This document shows positions 52,231-62,293 of a stretch of 62,293 nt of DNA, in pieces. The notes under the pieces are model-generated. The model did not search any database. It saw nothing but the letters and a program-made list of their open reading frames with translations, and was not told the DNA's origin. The position numbers and the translations under genes were made by a program. Location: assembly GCA_013151555.1 (NCBI GenBank), contig JAADIA010000049.1, positions 1 to 62,293 on the forward strand, given 5' to 3'. This DNA is from Nitrospirota bacterium. GTDB taxonomy: Bacteria; NPL-UPA2; JAADIA01. The stretch's first letter is position 1. Each line of letters opens with the position of its first letter.

Positions 52231-53816
52231 TCCTTAAACCGGGTTTCTAAATTTCCGGTCAGGGTATCCGTGCGGGAATAATCGGCAAACAATCCCCAAC
52301 CCTGACGGTAACGATAATTGAGCCTGAGCCTCAGTCCATTAAGCAGGGCCCGGTCTGAGACTGCCCAGGCCAGGGTCTCATGAAAGAGGTAAGAGAACTT
52401 CTTTTTCCGTTTGTCGCTCAAGATGAAAAGAAGGGAGTGGACCTCGTAATTCTCAGGATTCCAGTAAGGATAAGTTTTGGAAGAAGTGTCCTGATGACGA
52501 AAAGAATCGCGGTTATAGGTATAAGCTAAATCAATAAGAGGTCCCCCTTTTTTGAGATGACGGATCAAGCCCAGTTCGGTTTCCCATTCATTATTGCTAT
52601 CGGAATAAGAACCGTATTTCAACCGCGAGGAGAGACTCCAGAGGGGCTTAAGATTGTAGTAAAGGGATACCTCCAGGAAAGTAGCTTCAATGCCTTTATC
52701 TATTGCAGCAAGCTCGGAAACTATATCCTCATAGGAGACGGTGCCCTCCAGGGAAAGGGGAACCTTAAGAAAGTTCTTCTTCATGGTCAGGGAACCGTTG
52801 AGATGCGTTTCTCCCCGCGAATAATCGTTGACTGTTATTTTCTCCGACAAGGTCAGGTAATTAAGAAAGTAGTTGGTTGCTTCCAATTGGTAAGAGTCGG
52901 CATCTATGCTTCTCCCGGATTGACTATATTCAGGCCGGGAGTAAGAAAAAGTATAATCAAGGTAGTCGCTTAGATATTGACCGTAACCCCAGGAAAAATA
53001 AGAATGAGTGTAATCATCTCCCCGGTTGTGATAATAATATTGAGCCTGCAATCTCGATTTTCTTTTCTCCCTTATCTCCTCCAGGCGCCTTTGGCTCTTG
53101 GGACTCTTCCCCTTTAAGAGGGAGTTTTGGTAATATTTTTCTGCTGTGGTATAGAGGCGGAAATCATAATAGATGTCCGCGAGCTTTTGGTTGATTTCCG
53201 GGTTGTCCGGCTCGGCTTTTAACACCAAGCGATATTGCCGGACCGCTTCCAGGGTCCTTCCATTCCATAGATAGAGGTCGGCTAATATCTTCCGGGAGCC
53301 AATATCCCCGGCATCCTGCTTGAGGATTTCCTCATACTGAAGGATAGCTTTCTGCTGGCGCCCTCCCTCAACGTATTTCTGGGCTAAAGCCCGGCGGAGC
53401 TCTAAATCTGAAGGATTCAGAGTTACCAAAGCTTCATATTTTTTCAGGAGCTTTTCGGGCATCTTCCCCCAACCATAGAGGAGAAGAAGCTGGCGGTTAG
53501 CTTCCCGGTTATTTGGGGAAAGCTTTAAGACCCTTTCATACAGAATCCGGGCTGAATCTTCCTTGTCTCTCTCCAGATATATCCCTGCCAGAGTTAAAGA
53601 TGCCTGGATATCCCGGGGATGCGCTTCCACATATTTTTCTATTCTCTCCAGAGCGTTTTCCAGTCCTTCCTGGTATTGAGTCAGAGCCTCTTCGAAAGCG
53701 AAACGGTTCATTTCCCCCTCGTAGATATTATCGGCTCTCCCTGACTCCACCAAGCCAAGCAGGGTTAAACAGATAATAAGAATTGTTGTTCTTAGCAATA
53801 ATTTCACCTTGAGCAT
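52194..53816 (-). CDS. TPR-repeat plus C-terminal beta-barrel outer-membrane protein (compact PelB/PgaA-like)
   Basis: Signal peptide, about 5 TPRs, then alternating aromatic-rich strands ending ...VQVGWVLYF (terminal Phe as in OMPs). Confidence 0.6.
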   Translation of the reverse strand: MLKVKLLLRTTILIICLTLLGLVESGRADNIYEGEMNRFAFEEALTQYQEGLENALERIEKYVEAHPRDIQASLTLAGIYLERDKEDSARILYERVLKLSPNNREANRQLLLLYGWGKMPEKLLKKYEALVTLNPSDLELRRALAQKYVEGGRQQKAILQYEEILKQDAGDIGSRKILADLYLWNGRTLEAVRQYRLVLKAEPDNPEINQKLADIYYDFRLYTTAEKYYQNSLLKGKSPKSQRRLEEIREKRKSRLQAQYYYHNRGDDYTHSYFSWGYGQYLSDYLDYTFSYSRPEYSQSGRSIDADSYQLEATNYFLNYLTLSEKITVNDYSRGETHLNGSLTMKKNFLKVPLSLEGTVSYEDIVSELAAIDKGIEATFLEVSLYYNLKPLWSLSSRLKYGSYSDSNNEWETELGLIRHLKKGGPLIDLAYTYNRDSFRHQDTSSKTYPYWNPENYEVHSLLFILSDKRKKKFSYLFHETLAWAVSDRALLNGLRLRLNYRYRQGWGLFADYSRTDTLTGNLETRFKEWKVQVGWVLYF

Positions 53817-56414
53817 CTAATTCGAGTCCGCCTTCTTTAAATAAATAATCGCCCGGGACGAGTGCGTTTCCAATATATAGTATTCCTGCCCCGGATATTT
53901 GTAGATTATCTTGCCGTTCACCACTTCCCGAACTGTCTTTCCATTATTAATTCTCATCACGAAGAAGTTAGGCTTCTTCGAACCGCTGGGGAACTCCGCC
54001 TCTATCTTTTCCTCGCTTAACCGGTAACGGGCCGGGGTCTCGCCATAGCGAAGAAATTCATAGTAAGCATCCCGGGCAGACATATTGCGCAGCCAGGGAT
54101 AATTGCCCCGCACGAAGGAGAAAAGTTCGTTAATTGCTTCCTTCAATTCCGGCCAGCTTTTTCCCTGGGACCTTTCTTCGTTATAAACATCGTCAGGATG
54201 AAAGAAATGGGTCCAGACACCAAAAGAACCAATCCCGTTAAGCATCTCCTTCATCATATCCGGCGTGCGGACATAGCCGAAACTCATGCGGGGGATATTA
54301 AAAAAATTATCATTCCAGGGATCCATAGTGAATTCTTTACCCGTTTCCTCTTCATCGGCATTATATATAGTAGAGACTACCTTAATGCTGGGGAAGACCT
54401 CGTGAAGAGCCTTTTCCCCCTCCGGGCTGATGGCATCGCTCGGAGCTACATAGGTAAATGGGGGATAAGGGAAATCTTTTTCCCATTCCTCTTTACCGGA
54501 TTTTAAAGCCAGAACCATGTTCTCTTCCGTTCGCCAGCCTTTGCTTATTACAAAAGGGGTGCTCAGAAGCAGGGACTGGTGATTATAACCATGCAGACCC
54601 ATCTCGAAACCTGCCTTGATGATGACTTGCCCCAGCCGTTGAGAAGAGGAATCCTTACCGTTATGAAACTGGGAGTTATCATAAGGCGGGTTAACTTTAC
54701 CGTTGTAGTTGAAAGCAACTGCAGCAGTATAGTTAATCCCGTATTTTCGGGAGAGAGCCAGGGTCTCCGGCCACCATTCCTTTAGATAGAAATCCGTATC
54801 GGTAAGGTTTCCTTTCCCCTTTATAGGCTTAATGACTTTATTCCACATCGACAGGGGGGTATCATCAAGGAAAATTACTTCCACGTTAGCCAGGGAGGCG
54901 ACGCCTGCCGGCTGAACCATCAGGATGGACTGGACAATAAACCCGCGGTAGGATTTTTCCCACAAAGAGTCTACGTTCCAGAACAAGGTTTTTCCCCGTC
55001 CGTATCCGTATTCCCAGAAGAGAGGTAATCCCCGGGGGTATCCTTCCATCTTTTCCGAGGAGACGGCCAGGAGATTTACTCCTTTATCCAGAACCAGGCT
55101 CAGGCTGGTGTTCTCTGTCTCTTCCCCGGAAAGGTCCAGTCCCTCGGTACCGGGGAAGAAAGGCCGGATGAATTTAAGCCCGGGAACCTGCCGGGGGTAT
55201 TCCCCCCGATATTCCTTTATCCCGAATATTTCCGCCAGGCTCTCGCTATATCCTTCGTAGAGGACGATTATACTTCCCCCTTTCCGAACATATCGTTTAA
55301 GACCGGGCACCGTTGCCTCGCTTTCTTCCATCTTCCAAATTCTGTTCAAAGCCAGGATAAGGCTGCTGTAACCCTTCATATCGAGGAATAAAAGATCCTT
55401 TACCTTCTTCAGCTCCAGAGTTTCGTATTCTATCTTAGCATAGTCTAAAGCCCAGCCAATATTATTTAAATACCGGCGGCTCAGGTCATCCTCCTTGTCC
55501 CAGATTATTAGGACCTTTTGTCTAAGCCTCTTCCCGGGTTTACCCCAGAGGGATTCCTCAAAGAATCTGAGGAAATTAAGACGCATCTGTACCTGGAAAG
55601 TATCCGGGTTTACATAGTAGATATAATTAGAAAGAGCCATTCCCCCATAAGGAGTGCTGACTACCAGAGGACTTGCCGAATCGGGAATATCCGTTCGTCG
55701 GACGACCAGATACTCTTCATTATCCGGGAGAAGAGACTCGAAAAGAAAGTAATGTTTGGTCTCCTTCAGAGAAAGAGGATGTTTATACTCGACCATATCG
55801 GAATCTTTATATTCCACCTGGAGAACCCGGGGATTGGAGGTCCAGGTAGCCATATAAACCAGCCCTAAGGCATTAAAAGCTATGTTGACCTCGTCCAGTC
55901 TCAGCCATTTTCCGGTGGAGGCTTCCTGAAAAGCGCCAAAATTGCCCAGGATGATAACCCGGCGTCCGGCTTTAATCTGCCGGGATAACCACTGCCCGTA
56001 TTCGCGGGCTCCCTTCATCTTAGAGTCCCGATACCAGCTTATTATCCCCCGGTATTTCTGCATCATCTTTTTCCCGGGCAAACCCCGGTTTATATCGTAA
56101 TAATCTACTCCTAACCCCAGGGTTTCCAGGGCCTGCTCGGCGAAGTTGAGGATATCGTTGTTCTTTGCGGAAGTTCCCTCCGTCCCGTCATAGAGTCCTA
56201 AGATGCGAGCCGGATTGCTCCTCCGTTTCCGGAGTTTCGGAAGGAGCTCTTCTGTGGTTTCCGGAGGTAGTGATCCTTCGGTCTGGGAAGGAACCTGAAG
56301 TTCTTTCGGGGAAACCGGGAGAGAAACTTTCCGGGGGGAAGAATACCGCCAGGCAAAGATTAAAAAGGAGGTAAGAAAAAGGAAAATAATTATCTGCCCT
56401 ATGTTTTTTTTCAT
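53817..56414 (-). CDS. Large anchored or exported DUF2194-like protein with CE4-like deacetylase motifs
   Basis: N-terminal TM anchor. C-terminal half has VIFLDDTP (Asp-Asp) and GLHGYNHQ (H-x3-H), consistent with a NodB-like metal site. The TAG stop abuts the next ATG. Confidence 0.5.
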   Translation of the reverse strand: MKKNIGQIIIFLFLTSFLIFAWRYSSPRKVSLPVSPKELQVPSQTEGSLPPETTEELLPKLRKRRSNPARILGLYDGTEGTSAKNNDILNFAEQALETLGLGVDYYDINRGLPGKKMMQKYRGIISWYRDSKMKGAREYGQWLSRQIKAGRRVIILGNFGAFQEASTGKWLRLDEVNIAFNALGLVYMATWTSNPRVLQVEYKDSDMVEYKHPLSLKETKHYFLFESLLPDNEEYLVVRRTDIPDSASPLVVSTPYGGMALSNYIYYVNPDTFQVQMRLNFLRFFEESLWGKPGKRLRQKVLIIWDKEDDLSRRYLNNIGWALDYAKIEYETLELKKVKDLLFLDMKGYSSLILALNRIWKMEESEATVPGLKRYVRKGGSIIVLYEGYSESLAEIFGIKEYRGEYPRQVPGLKFIRPFFPGTEGLDLSGEETENTSLSLVLDKGVNLLAVSSEKMEGYPRGLPLFWEYGYGRGKTLFWNVDSLWEKSYRGFIVQSILMVQPAGVASLANVEVIFLDDTPLSMWNKVIKPIKGKGNLTDTDFYLKEWWPETLALSRKYGINYTAAVAFNYNGKVNPPYDNSQFHNGKDSSSQRLGQVIIKAGFEMGLHGYNHQSLLLSTPFVISKGWRTEENMVLALKSGKEEWEKDFPYPPFTYVAPSDAISPEGEKALHEVFPSIKVVSTIYNADEEETGKEFTMDPWNDNFFNIPRMSFGYVRTPDMMKEMLNGIGSFGVWTHFFHPDDVYNEERSQGKSWPELKEAINELFSFVRGNYPWLRNMSARDAYYEFLRYGETPARYRLSEEKIEAEFPSGSKKPNFFVMRINNGKTVREVVNGKIIYKYPGQEYYILETHSSRAIIYLKKADSN

Positions 56415-56431
56415 TTTAGACTTTCTGCCAG

Positions 56432-58513
56432 TTACAAAATCTTATAGATAAAGACTCCGTTGCGGGAAAAGATTAACTTCAGATATTCCCCGGAGAAGAA
56501 AAAACGCAAGAATCTTTTTCGGGCTTTCTCATCAGCCCAGTTGAAAGAGTCATAATCCCGGCTAACTCTTTTGACCTCGGAAGCATTATAAAGGATATAG
56601 GTAATTCCCATATCTTTCAACTTATTTTTTATCTCTTCACCATTACGGGAAGAGTTTACTATCCCTACAATGATATTGTCATCGAGAGGACTGTTGGCTA
56701 CAAAGTCGCGGTCGAGGTAGTATCCCTGGTTCTCCCCGATGAGGAGAAGCTTGGCTGAAGAAGGCAACTTCTCATTGGCGAAGCGAAAGGCATCGTAAGC
56801 ATAGAAGGTACGAGAGAGAAACGCTTCTTGGGATTCCCGGTTGAGCGCTACTTTCAGGAGGCCGTATTCCGGGACCATACCCATAACCGTTGCTAAATTC
56901 AAGAGGAACACCAGCGCCAGACCGGACACAAGCAGAGGGGAGAGAGATCTCCTCTTTGCACAGTTGATTACTATAAAGACGATAAAAGTACTGAGTCCCA
57001 GGGCTAAGGGGATAAGGAAGAGACCCTCCCGGAACTTGAGGAGTTGTAAACCAAAGAGGTGAAATCTTTGATAATCTAAGGCCAGGGCAAATCCCAGTCC
57101 GGCTGTCAGGAGCAGGGAATAACCCTTCCCCGTTCCAAAACGTTTCATTAGGTAAGCGACTACTAAACTGATGGCGGGGAAGGCCGGCAGGAGAAACCGG
57201 TAGTCACGTTGGGTGAAAAAAGCCCACAACAAAAAATATACTCCTCCGTAAATAAGAAGCAGTTTGATCGGCTTTGCAAATTGCTTAAAGAAGACTAACA
57301 AGGGAACAAAAATAATAAAGAGCGGACCAATATCCTTGCTTTTGCTGATAGCTAAAGGCACGGTGAAGATTCCCCACCAATGGGGGAAAGGAGCAGAATG
57401 CTGGGCCATAAACCTTGCGGCATTGAAGGCGTTCCAGCCTCTTCCTCCCAGGAAGTTATAGAATAAAGGATAGATAGGATTACCGGTATAAATAAAATTC
57501 TTGATAAGCCAGGGAGAAACTGTTCCTATCGCCACGAGGGAAAAGATAAGTGCTTTCTTTAAGCTGACCGGCCAGCGGACCTTATCTATCAAGCTCGTCT
57601 TGAGGATAATTCCCAGAAGGAGGGGAAGGAAGGAGAAGAGGATGGCCGGGTACTTTGTTCCCATAGCCAGACCGGTGAAGATAGCGGAAATTAGGAAATC
57701 TTCTCTCTTCCGGGAATAAAACCAGTTGACAAATCCCAGGAGAGCTAAGGAGGTATAAAGGGCTGCCCCTAAATCAATATAAGCCGTGGTGGACAGGAAT
57801 CCCGTTAGCGGAATGTTGAAGAAAATGGCTGAGGCCAGAAGCGCTATCCGGGAGTTGAAGTAACGCCGGCCAAAGATATAAATAGTGGCAACCGTGAGGA
57901 GGCCGAAGGAGAGATGAACCAGTTTCGCCAGGATACCGCCCTTGAGGAGGAGGCTTAAAAGATAAAGCATTTCCAGGGTGAAAGGGAAATTGGAATAGAC
58001 TTGATGAGGAAGATAAACGATTTTATGATAGCGGATATATTCTTTGGGAACCCCTAAATGATAAGAGAGCGTGTCGTAGTTGAGGGGAGGAGTAAGAGCG
58101 CCAATGAGAACCGTTACCAGAGTGGTAGCAAGCAGCAGCCAGAGACTAAAAAAGAAGAGGCGGTTAATCTTTGTTGAATCCAGACAAGCCGGCTTGCCGG
58201 TCTCCAACGAGCCTGTTTGCCTGCCGGAACCGGTCAAGCGCTTCCCGATAGCTCCGATGAACGCCTTTATCTCAGGAAGTACGATTAGGGTTAGAAGAGC
58301 AAGCAGCCCATAAGCTACCCCTCGATAAAGCAGCCTGCCGACCCCCAGACCCAGTACTAAATAGGCTAAGGCTCCCCATCCCAGGGATAAAGAGAAAACA
58401 ATCTCTTCCAGGAAAGAGTTGAACCCTACCCCCAGGAGTCTCCAGATCTTTCTTCCCAGTCCGTAGCCAACCAATCCCATGAAGAGTAACAGGACTATTT
58501 GAGTAAGCTTCAA
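56432..58513 (-). CDS. GT-C-fold membrane glycosyltransferase-like protein (GT39/GT83-like)
   Basis: More than 12 TM helices, first loop PPLNYDTLSYHL, soluble C-terminal domain. TTG start. Confidence 0.5.
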   Translation of the reverse strand: MKLTQIVLLLFMGLVGYGLGRKIWRLLGVGFNSFLEEIVFSLSLGWGALAYLVLGLGVGRLLYRGVAYGLLALLTLIVLPEIKAFIGAIGKRLTGSGRQTGSLETGKPACLDSTKINRLFFFSLWLLLATTLVTVLIGALTPPLNYDTLSYHLGVPKEYIRYHKIVYLPHQVYSNFPFTLEMLYLLSLLLKGGILAKLVHLSFGLLTVATIYIFGRRYFNSRIALLASAIFFNIPLTGFLSTTAYIDLGAALYTSLALLGFVNWFYSRKREDFLISAIFTGLAMGTKYPAILFSFLPLLLGIILKTSLIDKVRWPVSLKKALIFSLVAIGTVSPWLIKNFIYTGNPIYPLFYNFLGGRGWNAFNAARFMAQHSAPFPHWWGIFTVPLAISKSKDIGPLFIIFVPLLVFFKQFAKPIKLLLIYGGVYFLLWAFFTQRDYRFLLPAFPAISLVVAYLMKRFGTGKGYSLLLTAGLGFALALDYQRFHLFGLQLLKFREGLFLIPLALGLSTFIVFIVINCAKRRSLSPLLVSGLALVFLLNLATVMGMVPEYGLLKVALNRESQEAFLSRTFYAYDAFRFANEKLPSSAKLLLIGENQGYYLDRDFVANSPLDDNIIVGIVNSSRNGEEIKNKLKDMGITYILYNASEVKRVSRDYDSFNWADEKARKRFLRFFFSGEYLKLIFSRNGVFIYKIL

Positions 58514-58548
58514 ATGTTCATCCTCATCCTCTCCTGAAATTTAAATTA

Positions 58549-58577
58549 AGTTTAACGAAATCATTTCCCCTTGTCAA
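58549..58577 (-). promoter_or_regulatory. Sigma70-type promoter facing the Pel-like operon
   Basis: On the minus strand: TTGACA (58577-58572), 17-nt spacer, TAAACT (58554-58549). About 35 nt upstream of the TTG start at 58513. Confidence 0.5.
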
Positions 58578-58669
58578 GAAAATTGCTTGCCTTATCCTTG
58601 CGGGAGTGCTATGTTTTAGAAAATAGTAACCGGAAACTCGTAACTATATAAAACGTAACAGATAGTTGT

Positions 58670-58792
58670 CTATTGTAGTGGTCGAGCTTGCTTGTGCCCG
58701 CCTGTGCCCGCAAAAGGGTATAAGGGTGCTCAACAGAACAAGCAGCAGAGTAAACTCTGCCACTACCATATGAAGGTGCAAGTGTTTATTGC
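58670..58792. repeat. Family H element, copy H2 (inverted relative to H1)
   Basis: Its reverse complement aligns with H1 end to end. 39 nt (58675-58713) are identical to the reverse complement of 42191-42229, and 23 further nt (ggtagtggcagagtttactctgc) are identical. Two small indels. Confidence 0.9.
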
Positions 58793-58876
58793 CTTACTAC
58801 CGATAAAAGCACAAAACAGCGAAGACATCAGGACTGAAACCTTTAATATCTTCCCAATGCTTGCGAATAAGGTGAG

Positions 58877-59719
58877 ATGATGCCCTCCTATTATTATGGG
58901 GATAGACCTCAGATGCGTTTCGGGGGCGGGGTATTAACCCCGATGGTGAAACGTTTAATTATCGCCAATGTAGCCGTATTTGTCTTCCAGCTTATGCTGG
59001 GAGGAACGGCTTCCCGGCGCTTTATCGAGCTTTTCGGGTTGGTTCCCGTTTTTGCCGTCCGAAAACTGATGTTCTGGCAGTTTTTTACTTACATGTTCCT
59101 CCACGGAGGTTTTTGGCATATTCTCTTCAATATGTTTGTGCTCTGGATGTTTGGAGGCGATTTGGAGAGAAAATGGGGCGAGAAGCAGTTCCTCCGTTAT
59201 TACCTTATAACCGGTATAGGAGCCGGATTCATTTACTATCTTTCCGCTCTTAATTCCAGCATTCCCACTATCGGGGCTTCTGGAGCTATCTTCGGGATCC
59301 TGGTTGCTTTCGGAATGACTTTCCCGGAGAGGATAGTTACCTTACTTATCTTCTTTGTCTTCCCGGTAAGCATGAAAGCTAAACATCTGGTCATGCTCTT
59401 TGCCGCCCTCGAGTTCTTCCTCTATCTCTCTCCGGGCAGTACTGTGGGAGTGGCCCGCTTTGCCCACCTGGGAGGAATGCTGGTCGGCTACCTGTATTTG
59501 AAGACGGGGCGGAGGGGGTACGGGGAGCTACCCGGCTTATCTGACCTTAGTTTCCGGATTAGCCAATGGCGAATCCGGCAGAGAGCCAAGCAAAGAGAAG
59601 CCCGGGAAAAGGAAGAAGATATCGATGCCATCCTGGACAAGATATCCCGCCGGGGGGTGGGCAGCCTGACCCTGAGGGAGAGGAGAACCTTGCAAAGAAA
59701 ATCTAAAAAACAGGATTAA
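58877..59719 (+). CDS. Rhomboid-family intramembrane serine protease
   Basis: HGGFWHILFNM, GASGAIFG catalytic Ser, AHLGG catalytic His. Confidence 0.85.
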   Translation: MMPSYYYGDRPQMRFGGGVLTPMVKRLIIANVAVFVFQLMLGGTASRRFIELFGLVPVFAVRKLMFWQFFTYMFLHGGFWHILFNMFVLWMFGGDLERKWGEKQFLRYYLITGIGAGFIYYLSALNSSIPTIGASGAIFGILVAFGMTFPERIVTLLIFFVFPVSMKAKHLVMLFAALEFFLYLSPGSTVGVARFAHLGGMLVGYLYLKTGRRGYGELPGLSDLSFRISQWRIRQRAKQREAREKEEDIDAILDKISRRGVGSLTLRERRTLQRKSKKQD

Positions 59720-59784
59720 GCAGTAAGTGGTAAAAATTAAGTTTTTCCTAAGGCCGAATCCTGAGCGCTGAATGCTGAATGCTA
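59711..59784. repeat. Family E element, copy E4 (variant right side)
   Basis: caggattaagcagtaagtggtaaaaattaag ..., then gctgaat gctgaat gcta. The rhomboid TAA stop lies in its first unit. Confidence 0.75.
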
Positions 59785-59805
59785 ATGAGGAGGAGTAAAA
59801 GAGAC

Positions 59806-60425
59806 ATGTTTCTTAAAAGACTTGTTGTCGGGCCGTTAGAGTCCAACTGTTATTTAGTGGCTGATGAGGAAACTAAAGAAGGAATTATCGTTGATCCCGG
59901 TGAAGAGGGGGAACGGGTGTTGAAAGCAATGAGGCAAGAAGGAATCGTTCCCCGCTATCTCATCAATACCCACGGGCATATTGACCACATCGGGGCGAAT
60001 GGCTATCTAAAGGAAAGAATAGAAGGAATCAAGCTCGGCATCCATGAAGCCGATGCCCGGATGCTCATTAATGCCACTGATAACCTCTCAAACTTTTCCG
60101 GGACAGGGCTTACCTCTCCGCCCGCTGATTTCTTTCTCAAAGAAGGAGATGAAATAAAAGCAGGAGGGATCTGCCTGAAAATTATTCATACCCCCGGCCA
60201 TACGCTCGGGGGAATCTGCCTTCTCGGGGAAGGGGAAATTTTTACCGGCGATACTTTGTTTGCCGGCTCGGTAGGAAGAACCGACCTGCCCGGCGGCTCC
60301 CGGGAGCAATTGATGCAAAGCCTGAAGGAGAAGCTGATGGTCTTACCGGAAGAAACCGTCGTTCATCCCGGCCATGGGGAACCGTCCACTATCGGGAGGG
60401 AAAAGACAACCAATCCTTTCCTCTA

Positions 60426-60426
<1 letters not shown>
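59806..60426 (+). CDS. MBL-fold metallohydrolase (glyoxalase II-like)
   Basis: THGHIDH motif. Start set at MFLKRL after GAGGAGGAG. Confidence 0.8.
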
Positions 60427-61846
<1,420 letters not shown>

Positions 61847-61886
61847 GGGAATAATCTACCCGGCTGGCAACAACTCATATTATGAA

Positions 61887-62159
61887 TTGGGAATTTCCTT
61901 GACGAAGATAATTATCATTATCCTCATCTTAGGAGTTTTCCTGGTCTATCCGGGCTATCTGGATTTAAGGAAAACTAATCTGGAATCAGCCAAGTTAGAT
62001 AAGAATATCAGCAAGTTGGAGGAGACAAACAAAAATCTCCAGGTAGAGATAAGGAAATTAAAAAAAGACAATTTCTACATCGAAAAAGTTGCCCGGGAAA
62101 CTCTGGGCTTGGTTAAGCCCGGAGAAATCATCTACAAAATTTCCTCTACCGAAAACTAA
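61887..62159 (+). CDS. FtsB/DivIC-family septum formation initiator
   Basis: N-terminal TM helix, coiled coil, C-terminal YIEKVARE..GL..PGE motif. Lies downstream of eno as in many bacteria. TTG start. Confidence 0.7.
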   Translation: MGISLTKIIIIILILGVFLVYPGYLDLRKTNLESAKLDKNISKLEETNKNLQVEIRKLKKDNFYIEKVARETLGLVKPGEIIYKISSTEN

Positions 62160-62167
62160 AAAAATAG

Positions 62168-62241
<74 letters not shown>

Positions 62242-62248
62242 TTTTAAA

Positions 62249-62292
62249 AGACCCGCTTAGCCTTCAAAAAAGGCTGAGCCGGTCTTTTTTTT
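62249..62292 (+). terminator. Rho-independent terminator after the tRNA
   Basis: 15-bp stem (agacccgcttagcct / aggctgagccggtct; one mismatch, one G-T) with a 7-nt loop, followed by T8. Confidence 0.8.
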
Positions 62293-62293
62293 G

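Noticed and set aside
42114-58792. Calling the H-bounded kor-pel block a mobile genetic element
   Set aside because: There is no integrase, transposase, recombinase or conjugation gene inside or beside it, and no direct target duplications were seen. It is reported as an observation only, not annotated as a mobile element.
58692-58880. 62-aa ORF upstream of the rhomboid gene
   Set aside because: Most of its sequence (from the start at 58692 to about nt 58792) is a translation of repeat element H2. The mirror copy H1 has no equivalent conserved frame.

Overview
A 62.3-kb, gene-dense window (about 60 CDS, one tRNA) from a diderm, probably anaerobic bacterium; the lineage cannot be assigned from this window. 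There are four blocks. (1) 1-12.5 kb, all on the + strand: a sulfate assimilation and protein-thiocarboxylate module. It holds a frameshifted IscU-like gene, Fe-S-type APS reductase CysH, Sat, a JAMM protease, thioredoxin, HemL, a ThiS-like carrier plus CysK/M, a small sulfite-reductase-like protein coupled to a cysteine desulfurase, two TusA-like proteins, a ThrC-like enzyme plus MoaD-like carrier plus MoeB/ThiF E1, and a NIL protein. (2) 12.7-29.5 kb, - strand: LPS core and lipid A genes (GT4, GT2 and GT9 transferases, a GT2-Kdo/WaaP-kinase fusion, two CE4 deacetylases, LpxL, LpxK, DUF374, MsbA). (3) 29.8-42 kb: housekeeping genes plus a histidine kinase, a receiver and a receiver-GAF-HD-GYP set. 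(4) 42.3-58.5 kb, - strand: a three-subunit 2-oxoacid:ferredoxin oxidoreductase directly downstream of a variant Pel-type exopolysaccharide locus. That locus has a GT-C membrane protein, a DUF2194/CE4-like protein, a compact TPR-porin, a GH114-like lipoprotein, PelD-like, PelE-like, HEAT-PelF and PelG. The window ends with rhomboid, MBL hydrolase, enolase, FtsB and initiator tRNA-fMet. The main non-genic signal is that nearly every intergenic gap holds a hairpin-forming element built from short degenerate tandem units, mostly heptamers, in at least seven sequence flavours. These elements supply stop codons and C-terminal tails to about ten genes and appear in-frame inside two CDS. Separately, a structured element of about 120 bp occurs twice in inverted orientation and exactly brackets the 16.4-kb kor-pel block. 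All functional calls rest on motif recognition by eye; no searches were run.
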